From positions 4,009 to 68,008 of the IMG/VR virus record IMGVR_UViG_3300031746_004145: a stretch of DNA of 64,000 bases; one strand, written 5' to 3'. The notes below the pieces were generated by a model. The model made no database searches. It was not told the origin of the DNA and saw only the letters and a program-made list of their open reading frames with translations. Numbering within the stretch: position 1 is the first letter of the stretch; each line of letters begins with the position of its first letter. Below, in pieces: positions 28,251 through 38,564 of this stretch. Source of the DNA: a virus. The position numbers were made by a program, and so were the translations under genes.

Positions 28251-31200
28251 ATGCGCGAGATCTTTGGGCAGGTCCGAATCGAACGCACCAGTCTCGGCGG
28301 TATCCGTGAACTCTTGGAGAAGGCCAACACCGTATTCAAGGCAGAGCTTTCGGAGTTGACTACTGGGTGGTGGAACGCGAACGTTGGTTCCCCCTACCTG
28401 TACCCCTTCGCCTGGCCGTGGAGGGCGCACCCCTCTATCGCCGCAGGGGCTGTCCTCGCTTCACCAGTCAGACACAGCTTCCTGGGGGCGGACACTGCCT
28501 ACGGGTACCCTGGGTACAACTTGCAGACAAACATCGCGGTCAACACGGATCTCGGCCGGATGCGCGTCGCCAGCACCGTCGCGGTATCTCTTGTGCAAGC
28601 GACTGCGTCGTTCGTGTTCTCTGGCATTGGTATTGCGCACAACCAGGGACGCTCCGCCGGCTTCAACAGTTGGTGGTGCCACAACAACATGGTGTCGTTG
28701 ACAGACCTGGGTATTCAGCAGATCGGCGTTCCGTACTTGCACCCGGTGGCTGGGTGCACCGTCACCACGTCGGTGGGGCTGTCCTATGTTACACTGCCAA
28801 CGCAGGTGCTCACCACTATCAGCACCGCGGGCATGTATACCCACCCGCACCTCCTCACGATCCTCCGCATCGAGACTGGAGCGGACCGCGGGCAGTACTA
28901 TGTCCAGCACTTCGACAGGCCCAACAACCGGCTCTACCTCCAGACGATGACGGGCCAGAAGTTCGTGGCGCAGGCCAGCAACACTGGCCTCGCGGGCAAC
29001 ATGTCTCAGCGGCCCGCTTTCTTCAACGAGACCAGCGTCCTCTGGGCGTCTGCTGGCCGCATCGACCTCGATGGCGTCTTCGACCCGGGCGAGTCACGCA
29101 ACTCGTACGTGTTCAAGGTCCAGTTCGAGAAGAGCGGCTCCCCGTCTCCGAACAGCGAGGAGCAGCGAGGTAGCTACTGGTTCTCTTTGCGGCCTTGGCT
29201 GTGGGGGACTGGTAACTACGAGTCATCTACCAACTACGGGGCGGAGGACAACGGTACCGCGTCTCATCGCCTGGTCTACGGGTCGATCGTCACAGAAGGT
29301 GGTTTCCATTTCAACGTGAGCGGCGGCGTTACCACGGCCTCCATCTCCACCGGAATCGGGCTCGACAAGACAACTCAGCGCCTCTGGCTCGCACACGGAG
29401 ACAAGACGAACACCGGATCTCCTGCGAGCATCGGCTACTGGAATTACAAGAGCCCCGAGACGTTGAGGGAGGTGGCCACCAACGTCGGCACCCCGAACGA
29501 TCCTCTTCCCACTCCCTTCGCCATCCCCGTCGACTCTGTGCCTTGCGGGTGCGAGATCGGTAGCGATGGGACGGCCTACTTCCCGCTCTACCATGTCACG
29601 GACAACACGAAGAACGGCGTGCTGGCCATCAAGCGCGACCTGTCTTACGTGTTCCTCACGGGTGCCACGATGGGGACGACTGGCGGGTACGCTCCCACCG
29701 GCCTGGTGATCGACAAGACCCGCTTCCGCTCCGGCACCGCCGGCGACGCGACCTCGACGGCCGTGGGCCACATCACTTCGGCCACAGGCACCTTCGCCGC
29801 ACAGGACGTCGGGCGCTGCGTCAAGCTCGTCGGCAACACCCAGGACAACGGAACTTACCTCATCTCGGTGATCAACGGCGCCACCGACGTCACGGTCACG
29901 ACTCTCGCCGGCGCTGCCGTCTCCTTCACGGGAGGGAGTGGAGGCACCTACTCCGTCGGCGACCGGGTCTATATGTTCACGTCGACCGACACGGCGTGGA
30001 ACGCCAACAAGATGTCGTTCCTGGACTCGCTCTCGCTCACGCAGCGGTTTACCAAGACCGTGACGATGACGAATGGGACAACCATCGCGCCATACTACCT
30101 CGGCAGCACGCCCTCTGCCTGTGTGGATCCTCTCAACGGCAACGTCTTCTGGTACTCCACCGACGTGGCTGGCCGTCTCAACAAGTTCGTGGTCGCCACG
30201 GGCCTTGTGGAACAGAGGCCTCTCACCGACTTCGCCGTGCAGGTTCCCGGGTCCAACGCCAACCCGACGGCGCCGACTATCGCGTACTCGGTGGCGGTCA
30301 ACACCAACACCTACTTCCGTGAGCTCTGGGTCGGTACAGACCAGGGGCAGTTCAAGTTCAACCCCGACACCTTCTCGGCGCAGCTCTACCGATACTTCGG
30401 GCAGGGCGGTACGGGCACCTACGCCAAGGCGGACGGCAAGCTCGCCCTCGACGGATCCGATCCGTGGGCTGGGTATACCACCGTCCCGAAGATCAGGCAG
30501 TTCATGTTTGCCCCTGATGGGCAAGTCTACTGTTCGATGCAGTCTATCGCCCAGTCGGTGTACTCGCATCTCATCCACCTCAACAGGGAAATGGACTGCT
30601 TCGAGATCGGCGGCTTCCATACTGCCGAGTATCCGACGTACTGGAGCGGGACGTATCCCAACCTCCCTACCATGTTGTACTTCATGGACGGGTATGGCGG
30701 CTTCGTCTGGTACAACCCGGCTCGCAACCTGGGCGCAGGTTCGCCGGGGCTGGTCGTTACGCACGTCGGTGCCGTGCATTACCAGTGGACGGGCAGCGCC
30801 TGGGTTCCTCGTGAAGTAATCCGTGGCTCCGTCCCAGACTCGACCAGCTCTCCTGGGTGCCTCACCAAGCCTCTGCACACCGGTCTTGAAGATCTCCTCT
30901 ACGGCGTGAAGATCAAGTTCACTCGCCAGGCCGGTGTGGGCGGAGAGAACACGGACTTCATTGGGCGCATCGGACAGCTCGGTACGGCCAAGAATGACGG
31001 AGCCACTATCCTCGGCGCTGGGAGCTTCGGTGGTTCTGGGTTCTCGTCGCTCAGCTTCATCACCTCCGACAAGGGTCGGTACTACCTCCGAATCGAGAGC
31101 GGTGCGGATCAGGGTGTCTACGTCATCTCCGCGGTGACGAACGACACTCTCCTCACTCTCCAGAACTTCAATGGGGTGGCGCTCACAGCCAATGCCTCCG

Positions 31201-33662
31201 CCGGTACCCTCCAGTACACGATCTGGGACATCGGCGCCGGTTCGACTGTCGGTCCGGAGAATTGCACCTTCACTGCCTGCACTGGGTATGCGAAGGACAA
31301 CACTCAGGACATCACAGGTCTCATGTACGAGGCCTACATGGCGAAGACTCTTCTCTCAGAGCAGGAGGAGCCGATCAAGTTCGCCATGGATGTCGTTCCC
31401 CACACCGGGTCCGGCACCGCTCAAGTCTTCACGGAGTCGTACGCTGCTGCGAACCCCAACTTCTCTGCCGCCAAGCCGGCGCATCTGGCGCTTCCTGGCT
31501 CTCCGGCCACTGATGGGAATCACCTGCTCGATGGCTGCATCGCTCGGGCTCTCGACGGCGTTGGCAACCATGCCAGTATCGCCGTCCCTGGTGCGATGAT
31601 CGGAGGTACCGTCGTCAACTCTGCCGCTTGGGCTGGTACGGTGGATGTCGGTGTCGATGTGGAGGTTGGGTCGATCATCATTCGAGCCCGCTCCAATGTC
31701 GCCAACAACGTTTCTAACTGGGTGTACCCGGTCTCGGGAGCGACGGCGGGGGGCGGGCTGCTGGGGCTTCTCCTCAGCGCCGCCAGCGCTGGTGGTACTC
31801 CTGCGGCGTCGACCTCGGTTCGCACCAGTGGTATCTCCAACATCACTGCTACGTCCGGCAGCTCTACCGTCTCGGTGAGTTCAGGGGACTTCCTCGGCAG
31901 CTCTGTGGCTTCTGCCTCTGATGGAGAGACGAATTCTGGCTCCTACGGCGTCAATGTCTTCGTCTCTGCGGCCGGGCGCTTCACCGGGCACGCGGGGAAG
32001 GCACTCAAGATCACCTCGGGGGGAGATGCTGGGTCCTATCGCATCGTCTCCGTCAACGGCGACGGGTCTCAAGCGACGATCCGCAACCTCGACCAGACGG
32101 CGAAGACCTTCTCCTCGGCGGCCACCGGCCTCTCCTTCGCGGTGCATGACAGTGTCACCGAGGAGGATCTGATCTGCATCCCGAGCTTGGCGGTGCCAAC
32201 GTACCAATACGTCGTGGAGCGGCTGCTCACCACGACTACGGCGCAGATCCGTCACGTCCCTGGTACCACTTCTACCAGCCAGAACTGGCAGTGCGTGAAG
32301 CCGACCTGGAACGTGGTGAAGCGCCTGTCCTATTCCGGAACGGCTACCCCTCCTGACGTTGCCAACAACGGCACGTTCGTCAGTCTGGATGGCAAGGAGA
32401 ACTTCGGCCAGCGCACCCTCTTCATCAACCAGCACTACTGGCAAAGTGATGTGAAGGTGGTGTTTGACCTGTCCGATCTCCCTTCTGCGGCACGGACGGC
32501 TCGTTGGTGGAAGTTCGCAGTGACCGGTAGATCCACCAACCTCGGCGGGGCGAACCCCATCACCTCGGTCGACTCCGTCGAGATGTTCGACACGAACGGG
32601 AAGCGGTTGTTCATGACCGACTACAATCGGTTGGACGCCGTCACGGCCCAGCCGAACTTCCTCAGTGCCAACATCAACCGGGTGGACTTCATCCAGGCGA
32701 AGCAGGACGCCTCTCCCCAGTATGCCTGGGCGAACGGGACGGCCATTCTCGGAGGTACCTACGGCGATACCGTCACCCTCACCGGGGCCAACAAGTTCCT
32801 TGGCTTCCAGGTCCGGCCGAAGGGGACCAACGGGACCTCCAACGGGACGAGCACCTTCACGGCAGGCGGAGGGGATCCTCCCTTCCTGACTTCCGACGTC
32901 GGACGTTTCCTCGTTATCGCCAGTGGTGTGAACAACAACGCCGTCTTCCGCATCGCTTCGTGGGTCTCTGGGACGCAGGTGACGGTGACTTCTCCTGCCG
33001 GCAATGCCGCTACCGTCGGGGCGGACACGGCGGTCTCCTTCTCGGTGCACGATGGCATCAACGCAGGCGGCACTGTCCCGGACTACCTTGTAATCATGTC
33101 GGGAGGAAACCAGGCTGGTCTCTTCGAGATGAGCATCCTCACCATCTCGGATGACATGAAGACGATCACGGTCAGCGAGAAGCAGTGGCGCAGCGCCTCT
33201 GGTCAGAACTGGGAGATCCGCCGTCGCTGCGTCGAGAACCGAACCACCACTACCGGCCTTGACGCCACCAACGTCGCTCGCCTGCTCTTCTCGGAGCACA
33301 TGTACCCGCAGCAGTCCGGAGATGTGTGCCAGGACATCAAGGGCTTCGTGAAGTTCTGGCCTGCGGACGTCGGTGGAACGAACCTCACGGCGGGAGTGGC
33401 CGTCGCCGCCGGCAACCACTTCCAGGCGGCGGCGGCGATCTTCACTGCCGACGACGTGGGTCGCGTCCTCACCATCACAGGAGGCACCGCCAACAAGGGC
33501 GCCTACAAGATCGCTTCCATCGTCACGGGCACGGAGGTGACCCTTGTGAACGTATTCACGGGAGCGACTCCGACGTTCTCGAGTGAGTCCTCGCTCACCT
33601 ACACAATCAAGGGAGAGCGTCGCCACCGCTTCAGCCGTTACACGACCGCCCTGAGGCAGTAG
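28251..33662 (+). CDS. 1803-aa beta-rich virion protein with a dispersed ~60-aa repeat
   Basis: G/S/T-rich; five or six copies of F.A.DVGR.L.I..G.(D/N).G.Y.I. Confidence 0.7.
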   Translation: MREIFGQVRIERTSLGGIRELLEKANTVFKAELSELTTGWWNANVGSPYLYPFAWPWRAHPSIAAGAVLASPVRHSFLGADTAYGYPGYNLQTNIAVNTDLGRMRVASTVAVSLVQATASFVFSGIGIAHNQGRSAGFNSWWCHNNMVSLTDLGIQQIGVPYLHPVAGCTVTTSVGLSYVTLPTQVLTTISTAGMYTHPHLLTILRIETGADRGQYYVQHFDRPNNRLYLQTMTGQKFVAQASNTGLAGNMSQRPAFFNETSVLWASAGRIDLDGVFDPGESRNSYVFKVQFEKSGSPSPNSEEQRGSYWFSLRPWLWGTGNYESSTNYGAEDNGTASHRLVYGSIVTEGGFHFNVSGGVTTASISTGIGLDKTTQRLWLAHGDKTNTGSPASIGYWNYKSPETLREVATNVGTPNDPLPTPFAIPVDSVPCGCEIGSDGTAYFPLYHVTDNTKNGVLAIKRDLSYVFLTGATMGTTGGYAPTGLVIDKTRFRSGTAGDATSTAVGHITSATGTFAAQDVGRCVKLVGNTQDNGTYLISVINGATDVTVTTLAGAAVSFTGGSGGTYSVGDRVYMFTSTDTAWNANKMSFLDSLSLTQRFTKTVTMTNGTTIAPYYLGSTPSACVDPLNGNVFWYSTDVAGRLNKFVVATGLVEQRPLTDFAVQVPGSNANPTAPTIAYSVAVNTNTYFRELWVGTDQGQFKFNPDTFSAQLYRYFGQGGTGTYAKADGKLALDGSDPWAGYTTVPKIRQFMFAPDGQVYCSMQSIAQSVYSHLIHLNREMDCFEIGGFHTAEYPTYWSGTYPNLPTMLYFMDGYGGFVWYNPARNLGAGSPGLVVTHVGAVHYQWTGSAWVPREVIRGSVPDSTSSPGCLTKPLHTGLEDLLYGVKIKFTRQAGVGGENTDFIGRIGQLGTAKNDGATILGAGSFGGSGFSSLSFITSDKGRYYLRIESGADQGVYVISAVTNDTLLTLQNFNGVALTANASAGTLQYTIWDIGAGSTVGPENCTFTACTGYAKDNTQDITGLMYEAYMAKTLLSEQEEPIKFAMDVVPHTGSGTAQVFTESYAAANPNFSAAKPAHLALPGSPATDGNHLLDGCIARALDGVGNHASIAVPGAMIGGTVVNSAAWAGTVDVGVDVEVGSIIIRARSNVANNVSNWVYPVSGATAGGGLLGLLLSAASAGGTPAASTSVRTSGISNITATSGSSTVSVSSGDFLGSSVASASDGETNSGSYGVNVFVSAAGRFTGHAGKALKITSGGDAGSYRIVSVNGDGSQATIRNLDQTAKTFSSAATGLSFAVHDSVTEEDLICIPSLAVPTYQYVVERLLTTTTAQIRHVPGTTSTSQNWQCVKPTWNVVKRLSYSGTATPPDVANNGTFVSLDGKENFGQRTLFINQHYWQSDVKVVFDLSDLPSAARTARWWKFAVTGRSTNLGGANPITSVDSVEMFDTNGKRLFMTDYNRLDAVTAQPNFLSANINRVDFIQAKQDASPQYAWANGTAILGGTYGDTVTLTGANKFLGFQVRPKGTNGTSNGTSTFTAGGGDPPFLTSDVGRFLVIASGVNNNAVFRIASWVSGTQVTVTSPAGNAATVGADTAVSFSVHDGINAGGTVPDYLVIMSGGNQAGLFEMSILTISDDMKTITVSEKQWRSASGQNWEIRRRCVENRTTTTGLDATNVARLLFSEHMYPQQSGDVCQDIKGFVKFWPADVGGTNLTAGVAVAAGNHFQAAAAIFTADDVGRVLTITGGTANKGAYKIASIVTGTEVTLVNVFTGATPTFSSESSLTYTIKGERRHRFSRYTTALRQ

Positions 33663-35383
33663 TGACCGTTTCGTCCATCAGCCAGGTGACGCAAGAGGGG
33701 TATGCTGAGTACCTCTCTTCGTTCGCCAAGAGCGGGGTTCTGTACCTCGCCTGGACCACTCAAGGTTCTGGGGTGAACAGAATCCTTCAGTGGAAGCCCC
33801 ATACCAGCGGGGACTTCACCGAAGTGGCCGGCGCAACTCAGGCAGCCTTTCACGATGTTGCGACGATCTACGTGCCGGCCACCGACGCCGTCGTAGCTCT
33901 CTTCGACGTCGGCGGCACCGACCTCTATGTGGCCCGGTTCAACGCGACAACAGGAGTTACCCTCTCCTCGCCTACCCGTCTCGGCCCAGGCATAAAGCCT
34001 TCGATGCTCTACCGTGGTGGGGTGTCGGGGTCCATTCTCGAGGTGGTGTACGGCAACGCGCGGCTGCCGCAGGTTTACTTGAGAGAGAGCTTGGATGGCG
34101 GCGTGACCTGGAGTGGCGAGCGCCCTGTGCTGTCCAACTACGTTCGCAACACTGTGGATGTCGCGGCGGTGCACTTCGACGACACGCATGTCTCTATCCT
34201 CCAGCTGGGTAACGATGCAAGACCGATGCTGGAAACGGGGGCATACACGCGCACCAGGCCTGTGGCGGGAATTCTGAAACACCCAACCCTGCCCAGTCAG
34301 TTCTACGTCGTGGAAGGGAGCAACCGTGGTACCAGACTCGCTGACTATGTACGTGGATCCGTTCTGGGGGGTGGTCTCAAGTACCTCGACGGTGACCGGT
34401 ATGGTGCGGATGACGGTCTCGGTCCCATCAGCTTGTTCAGTGGTGCTGGCCTCACTCCCAGCATTGTCACCGCGCAAGTGGCGGGCTCAGCTCTTGGAGA
34501 CGTCGTTGGGACGGCGCAAGCCGCGGACTTGGCACTTGGGCCGACCTACCTCTACGCGGCGCTCTACTCCGATGCAGTCGCCGATCAGGGCACGCTCTAC
34601 GTTGCGCCCATCGCCGGGGGATCATCGGGGACTCCCCTCACAGGCCTCGCGGCAGTACACGCGGTCTCGGTGAGCAACGGTGCCCTCTTTGTCGCCACGC
34701 TAGAAGGCACGCAAGAGAAGCTCCGCATCTATACGGAGAATGGCCTCACCCCCAGCTTGCAGGCAACACACAAGCTACCTGCTCGAGCTAACAAGCTCCT
34801 GGCGGTGATGTCCTCTCCGTCGGTCGGGTACGTCTACGTCTCGATGGTGGACCGCTTCAACGTCTATCGGGTGGACGGACTCACTAACCCGATCCGCATG
34901 GTGATGACGACCATAGCATTGAGCCACGGCTCCTTCTTCGAGGCCAAGGTACTCTCCACAGGAAACATTCTCGTGGCGATGGGGGATGGGGGCATCCTCG
35001 CACTGACCCCCGACGGAGGCGTCATCTCCGAGACGGTGCTCACCGGAAAGATGGCTCCACCCTGGGTGGCGGGCAAAGTCTATGCGCTCAACGACATCGT
35101 GGCTCCCACAACAGGCTCTCCCTACGCACAGTACCGGAAGTATTTCCGCTGCTCAGTGGGCGGCACGAGCTACGTAACCGAGCCGCCCTGGGCCCCAAGT
35201 GGAAACGTCGTGGACAACACCGTTACTTGGGTCGAGGTAGGGCCGGTCTCTGCCATCATCACCGGAATCGAGGTGGATGAGACCTCTGGAAAGATCTTCG
35301 CAGTAGGGGTGGTTGGAGGCCCCACAGGTACGGCTGGACGGATCTACTGCATCAGCGCCGTCGGCGTTGTTCCCTCCGCTTGA
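33662..35383 (+). CDS. Beta-propeller-like virion protein with an Asp-box and a CBM5/12-like module
   Basis: SLDGGVTWS; PWVAGKVYALNDIV..EPPW..DNTVTW. Confidence 0.6.
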   Translation: MTVSSISQVTQEGYAEYLSSFAKSGVLYLAWTTQGSGVNRILQWKPHTSGDFTEVAGATQAAFHDVATIYVPATDAVVALFDVGGTDLYVARFNATTGVTLSSPTRLGPGIKPSMLYRGGVSGSILEVVYGNARLPQVYLRESLDGGVTWSGERPVLSNYVRNTVDVAAVHFDDTHVSILQLGNDARPMLETGAYTRTRPVAGILKHPTLPSQFYVVEGSNRGTRLADYVRGSVLGGGLKYLDGDRYGADDGLGPISLFSGAGLTPSIVTAQVAGSALGDVVGTAQAADLALGPTYLYAALYSDAVADQGTLYVAPIAGGSSGTPLTGLAAVHAVSVSNGALFVATLEGTQEKLRIYTENGLTPSLQATHKLPARANKLLAVMSSPSVGYVYVSMVDRFNVYRVDGLTNPIRMVMTTIALSHGSFFEAKVLSTGNILVAMGDGGILALTPDGGVISETVLTGKMAPPWVAGKVYALNDIVAPTTGSPYAQYRKYFRCSVGGTSYVTEPPWAPSGNVVDNTVTWVEVGPVSAIITGIEVDETSGKIFAVGVVGGPTGTAGRIYCISAVGVVPSA

Positions 35384-35428
35384 GCTCCTCCTATGCTCAG
35401 CTCCTTTCGCCCCCTATCATGGTGCTGC

Positions 35429-35596
35429 ATGGCAGACGCCTACGTCACCCTTGCCGCAATCCAGCCTTCGGGCTCAACCCAGGTCGAGACCCCCCAGGAG
35501 TCGAAGACGCAGGGCGGCCGCACCATGAAGCAGGGCATCTTCGCTGAGAGGCGCAAGAACGCCGTCGACAGCACGTCCACGAAGCTCCCGGAGTAA
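35429..35596 (+). CDS. Small hypothetical protein
   Basis: ATG 35429 just after a TATCAT -10-like hexamer. Confidence 0.45.
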   Translation: MADAYVTLAAIQPSGSTQVETPQESKTQGGRTMKQGIFAERRKNAVDSTSTKLPE

Positions 35597-35599
35597 GAG

Positions 35600-36529
35600 A
35601 TGGCCATCGTCTACCCGTTCACCGCGCGCTACTTCGTCCGCTTCCGGCATTCGGATACGGCCCTCACTCCGACCTTCGCCTACTTCAAGAGGGCAGATAC
35701 GCTCGTCGGAGTGACGTCTCCCACCATTCTCGAGGTGGGTGGCGGAACGTACTACTTCGACTACGTATTCACGGTCTCGACTGCCCCCGACATCGTCTTC
35801 GAGATCGATGGCGGTTCCTCCATTCCTACGGAGGAGGTGCGCTACGTCTCCGACACCATCTCCATCAAGGACCACTTCATCGACGAGCCCATCTCCCAGG
35901 TCGTCAACGACATCTGGGATGACGCCACGAACCGTGGGGCCGGGACGAAGGGTGAGTTCGTCGAGAGCATCGGCTTGCCCACGGACGCCTCCTCCGTCGC
36001 CTCGGTCTTCGGCAGGATGCTTCTCTCTCGAGAGGCCATCATGGGCCCGAGTGCGAACACCCTCACCCAGGTCTACTCACGCATCGGGGCACCCATCGGG
36101 GTCTCCATCTCTGCGGATCTTCAGACGGTGGACGGTCACATCACGTCGTCTACCAGCTCGACCGACGCCGCCATCACTGCTGCTCGGGTCAGCATCAAGG
36201 GCGCCGGCGATCGAGACATCACGCAGATCTACACCTTCGTCAGTCACTTCGACACGCAGATCGATGCGATGCAGGCCACCTTGGACCGTTCCATCGGGAT
36301 GCTCCATGAGAACGCAGTTCTCGACAACTGCGTCTATGACCTGACGACCAACAACCTGCGCTCGGCCCGACTCCGCATCTACAACTCCGCTGCCAACGCG
36401 GTAGCCGCCAAGGCCCTGGGCACGGGCACTACCTACGACACCGGGAAGATCGGCCAACACTCCATCGTCGCAGAGTACTCTGGCGGCAGCATGACTCAGT
36501 ACCTGGTGGTGCGAGAGGTCCCGGCGTAA
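35600..36529 (+). CDS. Putative collar/fibre-like structural protein
   Basis: N-terminal EVGGGTYYF beta domain and central helical stalk. Confidence 0.5.
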   Translation: MAIVYPFTARYFVRFRHSDTALTPTFAYFKRADTLVGVTSPTILEVGGGTYYFDYVFTVSTAPDIVFEIDGGSSIPTEEVRYVSDTISIKDHFIDEPISQVVNDIWDDATNRGAGTKGEFVESIGLPTDASSVASVFGRMLLSREAIMGPSANTLTQVYSRIGAPIGVSISADLQTVDGHITSSTSSTDAAITAARVSIKGAGDRDITQIYTFVSHFDTQIDAMQATLDRSIGMLHENAVLDNCVYDLTTNNLRSARLRIYNSAANAVAAKALGTGTTYDTGKIGQHSIVAEYSGGSMTQYLVVREVPA

Positions 36530-36538
36530 GGGAGTCAG

Positions 36539-37450
36539 ATGCTGGAAGTCACCAAGTTCTGGACTCGGTCCTTCGACCTCGATCGGATCGATCTCTTCTG
36601 GGAGATCGCCAACGTTCCCGGTCCACGCTCCGACGCAGACCAGCACGAGGTCTTGGCACACGAGGTGTTCGTTCTTCGGGCCGGGGACAGCCCAGGGGGT
36701 CCGTACGAGGTTCTTGGCGGACCGCTTGTGGACCAGTACTACTTCCGCGATGTGAAGGTGAACCTCCTTCACAAGTGGAGGCAGTACTTCTACAAGCTGC
36801 GGGTCGTGGATCGCCGGACGGGTGAGGTCAAGGAGTTCGGCCCCACTTCGTCCGGCGAGGATGCCCCAGACCTCATCGCCTCCGAGATCCAGCGCCAGGA
36901 GGACGTTCTCTTCAGAGAGTTCGTGGGGAGGAAGGGCTATCTCTTCATCGCTCGCACCTTCGGGCCTCGATGTTCTTGCTTCGACTCCACCATGGGCCGC
37001 GTCACCAGGTCGAACCACCGTCCTTGCTTCGGGACGGGCTGGTTGGGTGGTTACATGAGGCCCATCGAGGTCTTCGTGCAGCTCGACCCGAACCCGAAGA
37101 ACGTTGCTGCCACCTCACTTCAACCGCAACAACAAAGCGATACCTCCGGACGGATGATCTCCTTCCCACCTGTCAACCCCAGGGACATACTGGTGGAGTC
37201 CGACAACCGGCGTTGGCGAGTCATCTCGGTTCGTCAGACACAGAGGTTGCGAGCCGTGGTGAGGCAGGAGCTTCAGCTCCACGAGATCCCTCGAGGAGAT
37301 GTCGAGTACGACCTTCCAGTGAATGTGGACGAGAGGGTGGTCTCTTCTGGAGCTGACCGCAACTACACGAACCCTCAGAACGTCGAGAGCGGCAAGAGCT
37401 ACGAAGACCTCCTCGCCGCATACGGACACCCCATTGGAACCCTCCGGTAA
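36539..37450 (+). CDS. Neck/head-closure protein
   Basis: FN3-like N-terminus, CSC..C.GTGW.GGY, DILVE..RRWRV beta-barrel pattern; two genes upstream of the tail-completion gene. Confidence 0.6.
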   Translation: MLEVTKFWTRSFDLDRIDLFWEIANVPGPRSDADQHEVLAHEVFVLRAGDSPGGPYEVLGGPLVDQYYFRDVKVNLLHKWRQYFYKLRVVDRRTGEVKEFGPTSSGEDAPDLIASEIQRQEDVLFREFVGRKGYLFIARTFGPRCSCFDSTMGRVTRSNHRPCFGTGWLGGYMRPIEVFVQLDPNPKNVAATSLQPQQQSDTSGRMISFPPVNPRDILVESDNRRWRVISVRQTQRLRAVVRQELQLHEIPRGDVEYDLPVNVDERVVSSGADRNYTNPQNVESGKSYEDLLAAYGHPIGTLR

Positions 37451-37766
37451 CCTGCACCCCATCACGAAGCTCGCCTTCATCGACGAGCTCGAGAAGATCT
37501 CGCAAGAGGTCAAGCCTCAGGGACAGGGGAAGATCAAGAAGTTCGTCAAGAGCACCCTGGCCATCACGGCAGGGTCGACGGCTGCTGTAGGAGCCTTCAT
37601 GGTTGGGGACATGCTGGCGAAGAAGCTCTTCGGAGCCAGCTGGAACAGTCTTCCGAAAGACGCCCGACACATGATCCTCACCGCCGCGGCGGGAGCCGCT
37701 GCGGTTGGTTCTGCCCACTACGTGAAGCGTCTCGCCGAGGAGCGAGAGAAGTATATGCGCGCATGA
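37434..37766 (+). CDS. FIDELEKIS-motif protein with two hydrophobic helices (TTG start inferred)
   Basis: TKLAFIDELEKIS followed by an amphipathic hairpin. Confidence 0.5.
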   Translation: MEPSGNLHPITKLAFIDELEKISQEVKPQGQGKIKKFVKSTLAITAGSTAAVGAFMVGDMLAKKLFGASWNSLPKDARHMILTAAAGAAAVGSAHYVKRLAEEREKYMRA

Positions 37767-38539
37767 GCGTTCGAGTTCCATCCGGGCTTCCACAGCCCCA
37801 GGGCGTCAGCGAGGATCCTCTCTCGCAGTACACTCGTGTCTTCACGAAGTTCCTTCAGCTCGTCTTCGCGAGCTTCGCTAAGGGGAACTACCAGTGGTCC
37901 TCGGACTCCGAGACCTCCGACATCATCATCCAGGGCGAAGGCACGATGGCCCTCGAGGTGGTGGAGAAACGCCCCTCCATCATAGTTTCCAGAGGGCCTG
38001 TCGCCTTCACCAACGTTGCCATCGACCAATTCGCTGGCCCTCTCCTGGACGCCAAGACAGGGCGCATCACCCTGAACTACGACCCGGCCACCGGCAGTCG
38101 TCGGCACACAGACCTTCTCGCATCCACGATGACCTACAACTGCCTCTCTTCTGAGGGTCTCGAGGCCCAGCGCCTTGCCTGGATCTGTGCCTACGCGACG
38201 AGGGCCTTGAAGCGCTCTCTCATGCAGGTTGGTATCCACCGTGTGGGCGAAGATATCCAGGTGGGGGCGGAGAGCGCACCTGGCGCCATCGTGCAGCCGG
38301 ATACGACCGAGATCATCATGGTCTCTGTCTCCGTTCCGTTCTTCTTCCAGCAGACCTGGACGGTCGAGCCTGAAGACAAAACGCTTCTCAATCAGGTGTC
38401 CATCGCTCTAAGGTCCGAGGTGGGCCTCCCGGAGTCACCACAGCCGGTCATCCGCGGGCCAGGGATGAATGGACAACTCCTGATGGGCGCGCAGTCTGTC
38501 CGCATTGATGAAATCCCAGGCCCAGTAGTGGGGCCGTAG
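37763..38539 (+). CDS. Tail terminator/completion protein
   Basis: KRPSIIVSRG and TYNCLS..EAQRLA pattern; immediately before the sheath gene. Confidence 0.6.
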   Translation: MSVRVPSGLPQPQGVSEDPLSQYTRVFTKFLQLVFASFAKGNYQWSSDSETSDIIIQGEGTMALEVVEKRPSIIVSRGPVAFTNVAIDQFAGPLLDAKTGRITLNYDPATGSRRHTDLLASTMTYNCLSSEGLEAQRLAWICAYATRALKRSLMQVGIHRVGEDIQVGAESAPGAIVQPDTTEIIMVSVSVPFFFQQTWTVEPEDKTLLNQVSIALRSEVGLPESPQPVIRGPGMNGQLLMGAQSVRIDEIPGPVVGP

Positions 38540-38564
38540 AAAGCAGTAGGAGAAGGAGCCTGAC

